A stretch of 64,000 nt of DNA from Candidatus Bathyarchaeia archaeon (lineage in GTDB: Archaea; Thermoproteota; Bathyarchaeia; 40CM-2-53-6). Below, piece after piece: positions 26,992 through 36,896 of the stretch. The stretch lies in contig JBEKFP010000001.1 in NCBI GenBank assembly GCA_050013255.1, forward strand, positions 288,001-352,000, in the 5' to 3' direction. Position numbers and translations under genes: made by a program. Every line of letters begins with the position of its first letter. Position 1 is the stretch's first letter. Under the pieces are notes generated by a model. That model searched no databases and was not told the DNA's origin. It saw only the letters and a program-made list of their open reading frames with translations.

Positions 26992-28428
26992 GTGCAGTAT
27001 CGGTGGGTTGTCCTTTCAGTAACGACAGTCGGCATCTTCATGGCCGGCCTTGATACGCGAATAGTACTGATCGGCCTTCCCACGATAGCTGAATCGCTCC
27101 GAACAGACCTTGAGACGTTGCTATGGGTGACGCAGGGCTATCAAATCGCGATAACTATTGGCCTGCTCTTTCTCGGTCGGTTCACTGACATCTTTGGGCG
27201 GGTGAAGGTTTACAATCTGGGTTTTGCGATTTTCACCGTCGGTTCGGGGCTTTGCGTTTTTGCTCAAACGGGGAACCAGCTCATAATTTTCCGCATTATC
27301 CAAGGCGTGGGGGCGGCCATGTTGATCACTAATAGCGCCGCCCTAATCACCGATGCCTCGCCGGCGGCGGAGCTTGGGTTTTTCCTTGGAGTTAACCAAA
27401 TTGCGTTCACGCTTGGTGCTGTCCTTGGGTTGACGGTGGGCGGTGTCTTGATCGACACGGTAGGGTGGAGAAGCATATTCACACTAAACGTTCCCATCGG
27501 AATCTTCGCCACTCTCTGGGCTCACCTCCGCCTGAAGGAAACTGCCCAGACCGAAAAGCATGCTGGCTTTGACTATTCGGGCCTCTTCCTATTCACGACT
27601 TCCTTGACATTGCTTCTGGTGGTCATCAGCTTACAGACTATGGCCGCAATAGATAACATCGAAGCCGCGGTCCTTTATCTCATCAGCATAGTTACATTTG
27701 CACTCTTTCTCTACGTCGAACCGCGCATGGCTGAACCGATTCTGGATATGCGGCTGTTCAAGATTCGGCTCTTTTCGGCAGGGAACGTTAGTCAATTCTT
27801 GTATTCTCTCGGTTTTGGCTCTCTAAGCCTTATCATAATTCTGTACTTTGAACTGATCCGCGGATTTGATGCCCTCACGGCCGGGCTTCTCTTTCTCCCA
27901 TTAGATGTGGCTTTCGTCACCATCGCCCCAATAAGCGGGAAACTTTCTGATCGGTACGGAACACGCTGGCTAGCCACTCTAGGTATGGCCGTGGGAACCG
28001 TTGGTTACGTTGCCCTCGCATTTCTTCTCAACACAACAACCCCGCTAGTACAGATAGAGCTCATTCTCATTTTGGTCGGCCTCGGTCTGGGGCTCTTCTC
28101 ATCTCCAAACATTAGCGCAGTGATGGGCTCTGTTCCCCCTCAACGGCGTGGGGTTGCTTCAGGAATCAGAGCAACGGTCTTCAATACGGGTAGTGTCGTA
28201 AGCATCGGCCTCGTAGCGTACATAATCACGACGGCTATACCGTACCAAGTTGTCTCCGGCATAATTACTGGCGGCTACACGACCCTTACGTCTGGAGAGG
28301 CGTTAGGGTTTGTGAGCGGTATCGGGCGTGCGTTTCTTGTAGCCGCTGTAATCACCTTCGTAGGAATGTTCGCATCCAGCCTACGCGGACCTGAAACGAA
28401 AACACATACAGACCTCAGCACAAAATGA
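26992..28428 (+). CDS. MFS transporter (DHA2/EmrB-like, 14 TMS)
   Basis: LDTRIV..GLP, GRFTDIFGR and GKLSDRYG motifs. Confidence 0.93.
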   Translation: MQYRWVVLSVTTVGIFMAGLDTRIVLIGLPTIAESLRTDLETLLWVTQGYQIAITIGLLFLGRFTDIFGRVKVYNLGFAIFTVGSGLCVFAQTGNQLIIFRIIQGVGAAMLITNSAALITDASPAAELGFFLGVNQIAFTLGAVLGLTVGGVLIDTVGWRSIFTLNVPIGIFATLWAHLRLKETAQTEKHAGFDYSGLFLFTTSLTLLLVVISLQTMAAIDNIEAAVLYLISIVTFALFLYVEPRMAEPILDMRLFKIRLFSAGNVSQFLYSLGFGSLSLIIILYFELIRGFDALTAGLLFLPLDVAFVTIAPISGKLSDRYGTRWLATLGMAVGTVGYVALAFLLNTTTPLVQIELILILVGLGLGLFSSPNISAVMGSVPPQRRGVASGIRATVFNTGSVVSIGLVAYIITTAIPYQVVSGIITGGYTTLTSGEALGFVSGIGRAFLVAAVITFVGMFASSLRGPETKTHTDLSTK

Positions 28429-28456
28429 TTTTGAAACACCCAACCGGCACTTGACC

Positions 28457-28945
28457 CTAGCTCTCGCTTATGTCAGCAATCTTTGGGCTCAGAATGGCAA
28501 CCATGTCTCTGGTCCTGACCTCCAGTAGCTTGTTAACGTCTCCCCCACCAACTATTGCTGTTTCCTTCTCGAGAACTTGAGGGTCCAGCAGAATACGAAT
28601 GATGTTGCTGAAGGGTGGCACACCTCCGGCAGGGTACCCCGAATGCCTTAGCACTTCTTCGGGGGTAGCGAGCCGCACATCCCTGACAGCGAGCATGCGC
28701 TTGAGTTTCTTGTGGCTGACTTTGCTCTTCGCCGGCACAATTGCAAGTAATGAATCGCCTGCTGAGTCAACCATCACGATGGATTTGGCTATTTTCTCCA
28801 CCTGAACCTTTCTGCCGGCCTGTTCAACCGTCTTCACGGGCTCGCTGAACTCGATGAAGCGGTGCCACACGTTCTTGGAGCTGAGGACGAGTTCAAGTTT
28901 CTCAGAGTAGCTCAATGCTGGCGTCTTCTCCGCATGAAAGGCCAT
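28457..28945 (-). CDS. YbaK/EbsC aminoacyl-tRNA deacylase
   Basis: IAKSIV and SGYPAGGVPPF motifs. Confidence 0.88.
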   Translation of the reverse strand: MAFHAEKTPALSYSEKLELVLSSKNVWHRFIEFSEPVKTVEQAGRKVQVEKIAKSIVMVDSAGDSLLAIVPAKSKVSHKKLKRMLAVRDVRLATPEEVLRHSGYPAGGVPPFSNIIRILLDPQVLEKETAIVGGGDVNKLLEVRTRDMVAILSPKIADISES

Positions 28946-29066
28946 CGGAGGAACCCGCTTCCCGAATCTCAGCGATTAAAGTAAACGTATTGCCTAAGCA
29001 AATTGGGAGAACTCGAAAGCCGTATAGCTAATAGCGCATGAACCTTCATCTTGTAAGGTGAGTTGA

Positions 29067-29471
29067 ATGCCGCCTCGCAAAGGGCTAACAGCTGCGGACA
29101 TTATGACTGAACGTGTCGTGACCGGTGGGCCACACGACGGCCTCTGGAGAATCGCTAATGAGATGCAACGTCACAATATTGGGTCGGTCGTGATCGCGGA
29201 GAAGGGAAAGATACTTGGCATATTGACAGAGAGGGATTTTGTTCGAATAGTCGAACACGTAGGGGCTTTGCTTGAGAAAAATCTAGCTATACACCACATG
29301 TCCAAGCCCGTTCTTACCGTGCAATCGGACGCCTCGGTGGCGGACGTCATCAAGCTCATGCGTGAGAATCATGTTAGGCATTTGATTGTGCTAAACAAAG
29401 CTGGTGAAGTTGCAGGCATAATAAGCTCGCGGGACTTGATGAAGGTCGCAGCGGACGTTATGTCAGTATAA
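29067..29471 (+). CDS. CBS domain pair protein
   Basis: GILTERD and VRHLIV..GIISSRD motifs. Confidence 0.9.
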   Translation: MPPRKGLTAADIMTERVVTGGPHDGLWRIANEMQRHNIGSVVIAEKGKILGILTERDFVRIVEHVGALLEKNLAIHHMSKPVLTVQSDASVADVIKLMRENHVRHLIVLNKAGEVAGIISSRDLMKVAADVMSV

Positions 29472-29591
29472 CAAGATTCCTCGTTGATGCGCGGCCAAAC
29501 GCTCCTTCAAGGACATGAAGAAGTTTTGTGCTTACTCTCGATTATTTCGAAGCGTATTGATGATTGATTCCAAATTGAAGTAGCGTTTCGC

Positions 29592-30056
29592 TTATGTAAA
29601 TTCGGCCACGGTTGGATTGGCTAGCTTGGTGAGGGCTTGCGTACTAATCTTCACGCTCTTCGTGTGCGAGCCAGGGTTGAAGTACACATATTCCTGGCGC
29701 AAGATCGCACTATCAAACAACGTTTCGAGGTTAATGATGTTTCCCAGCGGGTAGACGCAGCCCACTGAGCATTGCGCAATCTCTTCTGCTTCCATCTTCG
29801 GGGCCAAGATGACAGGTGCTCCCTTGGTGACCAGGCCTAACCTGTGGAAGTCAATCTTCCTGTTCCCTGGGAGAACGGCGAGCAAGTAGGTCCCGTCGCT
29901 CTTCTTCACTATCATTGACTTGGCTATGTGGGCTTCATCGGTCTTCAGGAAATTCGCCATCTGGGGGCAGGTGTATACGGAGTCGTGTTCGAAGACCTCG
30001 TATTCTATTCCATGCGCCTTGAGCGCAGACAGGATTTTTTCTTCTACCTCAGTCAT
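29592..30056 (-). CDS. YbaK/ProX-family aminoacyl-tRNA editing protein
   Basis: FEHDSVYT, IAKSM, GCVYPLG and FNPGSHTKS motifs. Confidence 0.88.
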   Translation of the reverse strand: MTEVEEKILSALKAHGIEYEVFEHDSVYTCPQMANFLKTDEAHIAKSMIVKKSDGTYLLAVLPGNRKIDFHRLGLVTKGAPVILAPKMEAEEIAQCSVGCVYPLGNIINLETLFDSAILRQEYVYFNPGSHTKSVKISTQALTKLANPTVAEFT

Positions 30057-30062
30057 GTAGGC

Positions 30063-31676
30063 CTAGTTCACGATCCACCGTGATTGTTCGCGCATGAATT
30101 GCTGCACGTAATTCGGACCTAACCCGCTTTTGCCGGTAGACCCGCTGCCTTTCCATCCCCCGAAGGAGTTGACCCCGGGCCATGCACCAGTCGTCGCGCC
30201 TGCGCGCCTATTCGCGTAAGTTACTCCAGCCTGAATTTGGTCGAAGAATGTTTGCATTTCCTTCTTGTCCTTCGTGTAGATTCCGGCGCAGAGTCCGAAC
30301 TCGCTCTCGTTCGCAAGTCTCAGGGCTTCATCGAAAGATTCTACGCCTGCGACCACCACGAACGGTACGAACAATTCTTCCTTGAAGAGGCGGTGAGTTG
30401 TCGGTAGGCCGTCAACGATCGCTGGTTCGACGAAGTAGCCGTTTCCGTACTCGGCAGCCTGTGGTGTGCTGCCCCCGCTGATGAATTTCGCGCCATCTCG
30501 CTTTGCCTCCTCTGCCGCCCGCTGGTATGTTTCGACGGCGGCTTTGTTGATTATTGGCCCCAGGAATGTCTCTTTGCGCGTGGGGTCGCCTACCTTCACG
30601 TATTTCTGGGTGTAGTCTCTCAGAAGTTCTAAGAACTTGCTCTTGACACGTTGGTCGACGTATACGCGGGAACAGGCGCTGCATTTCTGCCCTCCGAAAC
30701 CGAAGGCTGCACGCATGACCCCTTCCGCAGCTTGGCCTAGATCTGCGTTAGCGGTGACTATGGCTGGGTTCTTGCCCCCCATCTCGGCTATGACGGGCTT
30801 GGGGTAGTCCTTTGCGAAGTGGTGGTACACTTGCATTCCCACATCCTTTGAGCCCGTGAAGACGAGCCCATCAACCCCAGGGTTGTCCTGCAACTCGGCC
30901 CCCACGGTCGCACCCGGTCCAGTTACAAAATTGTATACGCCTCGTGGGACGCCGGCGTCAACGAAGGCTCTGCAGAGCTCATATCCTAGAAGTGGAGAGT
31001 CGCTTGAGGGTTTGAAAACGGCTGTGTTACCGGCGGCGAGGACGCCCGTAGACATGCCAGTGGTCAATGCGAGGGGGAAGTTCCAGGGGCCGATAACAGC
31101 CCAGACTCCAAACGGTCGAAGCATGCTCTCTGTCTCCTGTCCTGGTCCCGGCGATTCAAGTGGCCGCAAGAAGGCTTTGTTAATTTCCATCTGCTCGCAG
31201 TAGTATCGAACCAGCTCAGCGGCTTCGTGAACCTCCGCTAACGATTCGGCGCGGTTCTTCCCGACTTCGAAGGCCATCCAAGCTGAGAGCTCGAATCGCC
31301 TTTCAATCATCAAGTCAGCGGCTTTGCGTAGGATCCCAATGCGGTCCTTGTATGGAGTCGCGGCCCATTTTGGATACGCTTCTCTAGCTGCTGCAATTGC
31401 AGCTTTTACATCGTCGCTGGTTCCCTTCGGAAAGTAGCTCACGATAATGCGGGTATCTATGGGGCAAACATGGACCATCTCTTCACCGGTCGCTGCCCGC
31501 TTCTCCCCGTTGATGAACATCTGGTAGTGGTTGCCAAGCTTGGCTCTTGCTTGTTCAACTGCCTCGTCGTACGCCTTGTCGTCCTCAGGTGTGACCTTAA
31601 GCGTTGCGTACGTAATTCGAGGTACTTTCGCCGACGCCTTACTTTTCGTCTTACTCTTCGTTTTCTTACGTCCCAT
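30063..31676 (-). CDS. Aldehyde dehydrogenase, 1-pyrroline-5-carboxylate dehydrogenase (RocA/PruA-like)
   Basis: PWNFP, FTGS, AEMGGKN, FGFGGQKCSACSR, EELF and FGGWKGSG motifs. Confidence 0.88.
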   Translation of the reverse strand: MGRKKTKSKTKSKASAKVPRITYATLKVTPEDDKAYDEAVEQARAKLGNHYQMFINGEKRAATGEEMVHVCPIDTRIIVSYFPKGTSDDVKAAIAAAREAYPKWAATPYKDRIGILRKAADLMIERRFELSAWMAFEVGKNRAESLAEVHEAAELVRYYCEQMEINKAFLRPLESPGPGQETESMLRPFGVWAVIGPWNFPLALTTGMSTGVLAAGNTAVFKPSSDSPLLGYELCRAFVDAGVPRGVYNFVTGPGATVGAELQDNPGVDGLVFTGSKDVGMQVYHHFAKDYPKPVIAEMGGKNPAIVTANADLGQAAEGVMRAAFGFGGQKCSACSRVYVDQRVKSKFLELLRDYTQKYVKVGDPTRKETFLGPIINKAAVETYQRAAEEAKRDGAKFISGGSTPQAAEYGNGYFVEPAIVDGLPTTHRLFKEELFVPFVVVAGVESFDEALRLANESEFGLCAGIYTKDKKEMQTFFDQIQAGVTYANRRAGATTGAWPGVNSFGGWKGSGSTGKSGLGPNYVQQFMREQSRWIVN

Positions 31677-31813
31677 TCATAATTCCCTCACAACCAGTTC
31701 AGTTCTGATTACTTAACGGGCCTCTTTTACATTACTGTGAGATGAGGGTGGTAGCGCTTGGTCGGCGTGAACTTCATTCTCCGCAAACTATTGCCAGTTC
31801 TAAGCATAGTTGA

Positions 31814-32527
31814 TCACGAAGCCTGCACGCCCAGGTAAAGCCTGCCAAGTTCCTTGTGTTCGAGGAGTTCACGAGCAGTTCCTTCGAAAGCATTTTTTCC
31901 GCCAACGAGTAGATAAGCAACGTCACCTATCTCCAAGGCGCGCCTTGCGTTTTGTTCTGCAAGGAGTATGGTTAGGCCGATGTCTTTGGCAAGTGACGAA
32001 ATGAGGTTGAGGACTTGTGTTGCAATTATGGGCGCCAAATTTGCGGTCGGTTCATCGAACATCATTACGTTTGGTTCCCTTATGAGTGCTAAGGCCATTG
32101 CGAGCATCTGCCGCTCTCCGCCACTAAGGCTAAGCGCCTTAGTGTTCGTGTAAGCTGAAAGCTGTGGAAAGAGCTGGAAGATCCTCTTTAGCCTCGTCCG
32201 GTAGTCATCTTGGTTAATCGTGTACCCCGCGAGTCTCAGGTTCTCCGTTATGGTAAGGTTCGTGAATACGTTGTCAGTCTGGGGGAGGAAGGCGATACCA
32301 CTCCTAGCTATTTTATGGGAGGCCAGGCCTGTGATCTCCTGCCCGTTATGCTTTATCGTTCCCTCATAAACGGTCGTGAGGCCCGTGATCGTTTTCAGGA
32401 GTGTGCTCTTTCCTGAGCCGTTCGGGCCGACGATGACTGTGACCTCTCTGGGTTTGGCGGTGAGTGTGACGCCGTTCAGAATTTGCAGTTTCCCGTAGCC
32501 AGCGAAGATGTTTTCGACATTTAGCAA
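31814..32527 (-). CDS. livF: Branched-chain amino acid-type ABC ATPase (LivF)
   Basis: GPNGSGKS and LSGGERQML motifs. Confidence 0.9.
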   Translation of the reverse strand: MLNVENIFAGYGKLQILNGVTLTAKPREVTVIVGPNGSGKSTLLKTITGLTTVYEGTIKHNGQEITGLASHKIARSGIAFLPQTDNVFTNLTITENLRLAGYTINQDDYRTRLKRIFQLFPQLSAYTNTKALSLSGGERQMLAMALALIREPNVMMFDEPTANLAPIIATQVLNLISSLAKDIGLTILLAEQNARRALEIGDVAYLLVGGKNAFEGTARELLEHKELGRLYLGVQAS

Positions 32528-32530
32528 TTT

Positions 32531-33295
32531 TCACGCGCCCAAGTATGCTTCGATTACTTTGGGATCGTTGATGACTTGTTGGGGCGGGCCGGCTGCAAGA
32601 AGCTTACCGGAAGCCATCGCGTTCACGTAATCGACGTATTTGAGAGCGATGTCGAGCCTATGCTCGACAATGAAGAATGTTATTCCATATTGTTCCCTCA
32701 GCCGAATGATTCTTGCGAATATTTCATGAGCTAAGGTTGGGTTTACTCCTGACACCGGCTCGTCGAGCAGGTACAGGTTGGCGTCACTCATCAGGGCTCT
32801 CCCAATTTCCACTAGCTTCATTTGTCCACCGCTCAGGAGCGAAGCCGGCGTGTTCAATTGCTCGGACATCCCAAGCAATTCCAGTATTTTCGTCGCCTTC
32901 TCAATAGCGTCTGTCTCGTGTTTTGCCCAAAGCCGTTTGACCATTGACTTCGCGAATGATTCTCCGGGGTGATTCTTCTCAGCGACAAGTAAGTTCTCAA
33001 GCACAGTTAGCTTGCCGAACATCGAGGGTATCTGAAAGGTCCTTGCGATGCCCGTTCCGTAAACCTGCTGAGGCGACCAACCCGTTATCTCGGTTGAGCC
33101 ATAGTAAATCTGCCCTTCGTCTGGTTTCTGGAAGCCCGTGATAACATTGATCAACGTAGTTTTTCCCGAACCGTTTGGCCCAATGAGGATGGTCACTGTC
33201 TTCTCGTCTACGTTGAGTGTCACTCCGTCTAAGGCGTGAAGATTACCGAATGATCTCTTTACATCCTTGACTTGCAGCAGGCTGCCCATTCTCAA
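32531..33295 (-). CDS. livG: Branched-chain amino acid-type ABC ATPase (LivG)
   Basis: GPNGSGKT, GIARTFQ and VIEAYLG motifs. Confidence 0.9.
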   Translation of the reverse strand: MRMGSLLQVKDVKRSFGNLHALDGVTLNVDEKTVTILIGPNGSGKTTLINVITGFQKPDEGQIYYGSTEITGWSPQQVYGTGIARTFQIPSMFGKLTVLENLLVAEKNHPGESFAKSMVKRLWAKHETDAIEKATKILELLGMSEQLNTPASLLSGGQMKLVEIGRALMSDANLYLLDEPVSGVNPTLAHEIFARIIRLREQYGITFFIVEHRLDIALKYVDYVNAMASGKLLAAGPPQQVINDPKVIEAYLGA

Positions 33296-33296
33296 C

Positions 33297-34325
33297 TCAC
33301 CTTTTTGCCTGGACGACTGAAGGTTCCCTCTGCCATGTTCTGACGATGCCTTCTGGCCTATAGATGAGAATGAGGATCGTTATGAGGCCAAGTAGGAGAT
33401 AATTCAGCCAGATTATGTTGAACGGCAGAATTCCAGCAAAGGCATACTTGTAGTAGAGGATTAGCTTGTCCAGAGCGACAAATATGAAGGTCCCCACCAG
33501 GGCCCCTCTGTTGCTTCCGATTCCACCGAGCAAGATCATAAGCCAAGGCAGAAACGTCCAGTCAAATCTCGCATAAGTGGGCGTTACGGCGCCGCTGTAC
33601 ATAACCCACAGGCTTCCAGCAATGCCGCACAACGTCGAGCCAATCAATATCGCGACTGTTCTGTATCGAGTGATGTCTTTACCCAGCGACCTCGCCACGA
33701 CCTCATTGTCCCGAATGGCTCTCAGAGTCCGTCCAAGAGGCGTTCTGATGAGATAACCGGCGTAGGCAAAGATTGCAATTGCAACCAGAAGGAGCACGAA
33801 GGTTCCCGCGTAGAACCTGTACTGCCCTGCCCACCCTAGGACGTCTGGTACGCTAACTCCAGGCGGCCCACCTATGAGAGGCTTGTACCCTATTCCTATG
33901 ACGTTGAGTATCTCTCCGAAAGCCAGAAGCGTGATTGCCAAGTAATCCTCCCTGAGTCTAACGGCAGGCGCTGAGGAAATCAGACCCATTGCCGCGCCCG
34001 CTACGCCTCCGACTATAAGGAACAAAACCAGAAATGCGATGGCTAAGAGAGGCTGCGATATCAGAATAGGATTGATAAGCGCTAACACTGAAACATTGTT
34101 GAAAATGGGACTCAAGTCCGTTCGTATACCGAGCAGACTCAAAGCGAGTCTTGTTGAGAGGCCACCTGTGAAGTAAGCCCCACCTGCGACTGCGAAGAGA
34201 ATGCCGAAATTAGGTATCCCGGTTATGCCCTCTTGCAAGTTCAGGCCTATGTTAATGATTAGATAGACCGCCAGCAATGCCAAAAGGTCTGCTGTGAATA
34301 GGATTAGTTGGTCCAGCGCTGACAC
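33297..34325 (-). CDS. livM: ABC permease (LivM)
   Basis: RLREDYLAITLL and GRTLRAIRDNE motifs. Confidence 0.9.
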   Translation of the reverse strand: MSALDQLILFTADLLALLAVYLIINIGLNLQEGITGIPNFGILFAVAGGAYFTGGLSTRLALSLLGIRTDLSPIFNNVSVLALINPILISQPLLAIAFLVLFLIVGGVAGAAMGLISSAPAVRLREDYLAITLLAFGEILNVIGIGYKPLIGGPPGVSVPDVLGWAGQYRFYAGTFVLLLVAIAIFAYAGYLIRTPLGRTLRAIRDNEVVARSLGKDITRYRTVAILIGSTLCGIAGSLWVMYSGAVTPTYARFDWTFLPWLMILLGGIGSNRGALVGTFIFVALDKLILYYKYAFAGILPFNIIWLNYLLLGLITILILIYRPEGIVRTWQREPSVVQAKR

Positions 34326-35245
34326 TAGTTACCCCTCCGAACGAGCAGGCCTGCGAGCCCTCGAGGCGCAACTATCAAGGTGGCTGAGAGCACTATGAGT
34401 GGGATAATGGGTTCGTAGAATGAAACCCAAGGGCCAACAATTGAGGCTAGCACCGAGGTGCCGACCACGTCGACCAAACCCAGCAGGAAGCCTCCCAATA
34501 CGGCGCCGTATATCTGCTCGAGGCCTCCAACTATGCTGGCGCAGAAAATGCTGGCCAGTAGGATTGTTCCGATGCCTGGGTTGATCTCAGTCCATAGCGG
34601 GATTAGGGATCCCGCAATTCCTGCGAGTCCTCCAGCGATGAACCAGGACACGGCTAACATCATGCTAACGTTGATTCCAATTGCTTCTGATAGAGAGGGG
34701 TTCTCCATCGACGCCCTCAACGCTATGCCCAACGTAGTAAAGTTCAGAAGTAGGTACATGGCTGCCGAGCAGAGGGCTAGCGTTCCAAGCGCTACAAAGA
34801 GTATCCCCGGTTCGCCCAAGAACTTGAAGTCTAATCCGCTTAACAGAACATTGCGGGAAGGAACCTTGTAAGCGGTGTTCAGGTAGTCAGCGTGTATGTT
34901 CGTGACACCTAGCATTATGATATCAAATGCTAGCGTTGCAATCATCAACATGACGGCCGATGAGTTCCTCCTCCTCATCGGTTCCAGAACCGCATAGAAC
35001 AGTAACAAACCCACAAGGCCTACCACAACGAAAGCAACTGGAACGCCAACATACGGGTTCGGACTTAGTATGATAGTTAGCGTGTATGTGACGTAGGCAC
35101 CGACCGTCACGAAGGATGCGTGTGCGAAGTTTGCAACCTTCGTCGTCCTGTATAGCAGAGTAACTCCCAGTGCCATAAGCGACAGAAGCGCTGAGTACGT
35201 GAGCCAGCTCACAATAGTCGGAAACAGGTCCATTTGCTCAGTCAC
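34325..35245 (-). CDS. livH: ABC permease (LivH)
   Basis: VANFAH and GIALRASMEN..GIN motifs. Confidence 0.9.
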   Translation of the reverse strand: MTEQMDLFPTIVSWLTYSALLSLMALGVTLLYRTTKVANFAHASFVTVGAYVTYTLTIILSPNPYVGVPVAFVVVGLVGLLLFYAVLEPMRRRNSSAVMLMIATLAFDIIMLGVTNIHADYLNTAYKVPSRNVLLSGLDFKFLGEPGILFVALGTLALCSAAMYLLLNFTTLGIALRASMENPSLSEAIGINVSMMLAVSWFIAGGLAGIAGSLIPLWTEINPGIGTILLASIFCASIVGGLEQIYGAVLGGFLLGLVDVVGTSVLASIVGPWVSFYEPIIPLIVLSATLIVAPRGLAGLLVRRGN

Positions 35246-35452
35246 CCCATGCCTAACCCGAGCTTCATGCCTTTTCCTAAGGCCACCTCTTAGGGGTCAC
35301 GCATTAACACCTTTCCTGCAATTAAGATGACTCAGGGTACACGTGTAATTTGCAGTGCCCCTCGGGAGTTCGTGCCGACATAACGCATGATTATCCCGAT
35401 CAGAGGCACATCCGTAAGAAAAAGATTAGAAAAAAAGTGGGGAGTTGTGAGG

Positions 35453-36670
35453 TTAAAGTTGCATCAGCCATGTAACCTGTTGGTTTACTGATGAATAGGT
35501 GGCAACCCTTTGCCAATTGCTTTGAACCACGGCCCAGAACTCCATGTCCATGGTCACTCTGTCTCCAGCCGCGTTGAGTTCAGAGTTGCCTGTGGCACCC
35601 CAGTATGCTGCTGCTACCGTCGGAACTGCCGCTTTGATTGCGTCACTGTCGTATTTGCCAGCGTTGAGAATTGAGAGGGCCGCTATCCAAGCTGCGTCGT
35701 AGGTGGCCAGCGCGTATATGTCCGGTTCCTGCCCGATCGCAGATTGAACTTCTTTGTTCAGGGCCAGATGCTTAGAAGTCAGTGGCGCCATGAGCTGTAC
35801 GGATATTAGGTTCACCTTTGTCGCTATAGCGCCAGCGTTTTGGATGATGACCGTGTCCTGCGACAAAGTATCAGGGCCAAACCATGTTAGTGTGAGCAGC
35901 GGACTATTCCTGGTGTTGGCTTGGCTCAGCATGGTAGCAACGTCTTCCCACATGTTGGCGAAGATTGCAACAGGCTTCTTGGCGCTCAGGAGAGGGGCCA
36001 CTTGCTGTTCAAGTGCGTTGATTGTGACGGTGAAATCTGTCGTAGTTGGATAGGCGTAGGTTACGTCCGCGACTAAGTTTCCTCCGGCTGCTGTCCATGC
36101 GGCCTTGAACGCGTCATGAATAGAGAGGCTGTAAGTGTCCTCGGCCGAAACCATGGCAACGTTCATGAATCCTTTACTTTGAAGGGCAGCCGCGAGCGCG
36201 GCGCCTTCAGCTTCAGCCGCGGGTACGACCCGAATCTCGTAATCTCCAGGTGGAGCTACGGACTCTCTGGCAGCAGTTGAAGTACCATCGATCACGATTA
36301 TCTTATTGGTGTCGGCGAATGAGTCGATCGATTTCATAGCCCCGCTGGTCATTCCTCCTATGACAACTTTGCAACCTTGGGCATACAGGTCCTGTATTCG
36401 CTGTAGAGCTACGTCGGGCTTGGTCTCGAAGTCTTCATAGAAGAACTTGAAAGTTGTCGGAATACCCAAAGAAGTCACATAGGTGTTGATCTCACTTTCG
36501 GCAATTTTGACGGTCGCTTGAGCTCTCACGCCGTAACTCGAAAAGTCTCCAGTTAGACTTAGCAGAACGCCGATTGGAATCACCGATGGCAACGTGGACG
36601 TCAGCGGCGGTGGGGTTGGATGTAACGCGTAGCCAAGTCCGCCGCCAATCACAAGCATTACTAGCATCAA
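35453..36670 (-). CDS. ABC substrate-binding protein (LivJ/K-like), membrane-anchored; true start probably ATG 36713 across a 1-nt frameshift
   Basis: IGVLLSLTG, YDAAW and GATG..LNAAGDR motifs. Confidence 0.88.
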   Translation of the reverse strand: MMLVMLVIGGGLGYALHPTPPPLTSTLPSVIPIGVLLSLTGDFSSYGVRAQATVKIAESEINTYVTSLGIPTTFKFFYEDFETKPDVALQRIQDLYAQGCKVVIGGMTSGAMKSIDSFADTNKIIVIDGTSTAARESVAPPGDYEIRVVPAAEAEGAALAAALQSKGFMNVAMVSAEDTYSLSIHDAFKAAWTAAGGNLVADVTYAYPTTTDFTVTINALEQQVAPLLSAKKPVAIFANMWEDVATMLSQANTRNSPLLTLTWFGPDTLSQDTVIIQNAGAIATKVNLISVQLMAPLTSKHLALNKEVQSAIGQEPDIYALATYDAAWIAALSILNAGKYDSDAIKAAVPTVAAAYWGATGNSELNAAGDRVTMDMEFWAVVQSNWQRVATYSSVNQQVTWLMQL

Positions 36671-36896
36671 AGCAATGATGGGTGGCTTTAGAAATGCACT
36701 AGCCGTTTTTCATATCCTCCTCAAAAGGAAAATCGGAGGCGATTCAGCGTTTAAGATATGTGTACGTAGTATTTGTGAAGTATATGTTCTGGATTTTGAT
36801 GGCTAGTAAATTTCAGAAGGATTTTCTTGCCGAATAGCGGGCTGGAGCTGTTCCCCTTTTTCCGAAGGGTACAGCCTCGTCTCGATTCCGGCACAA

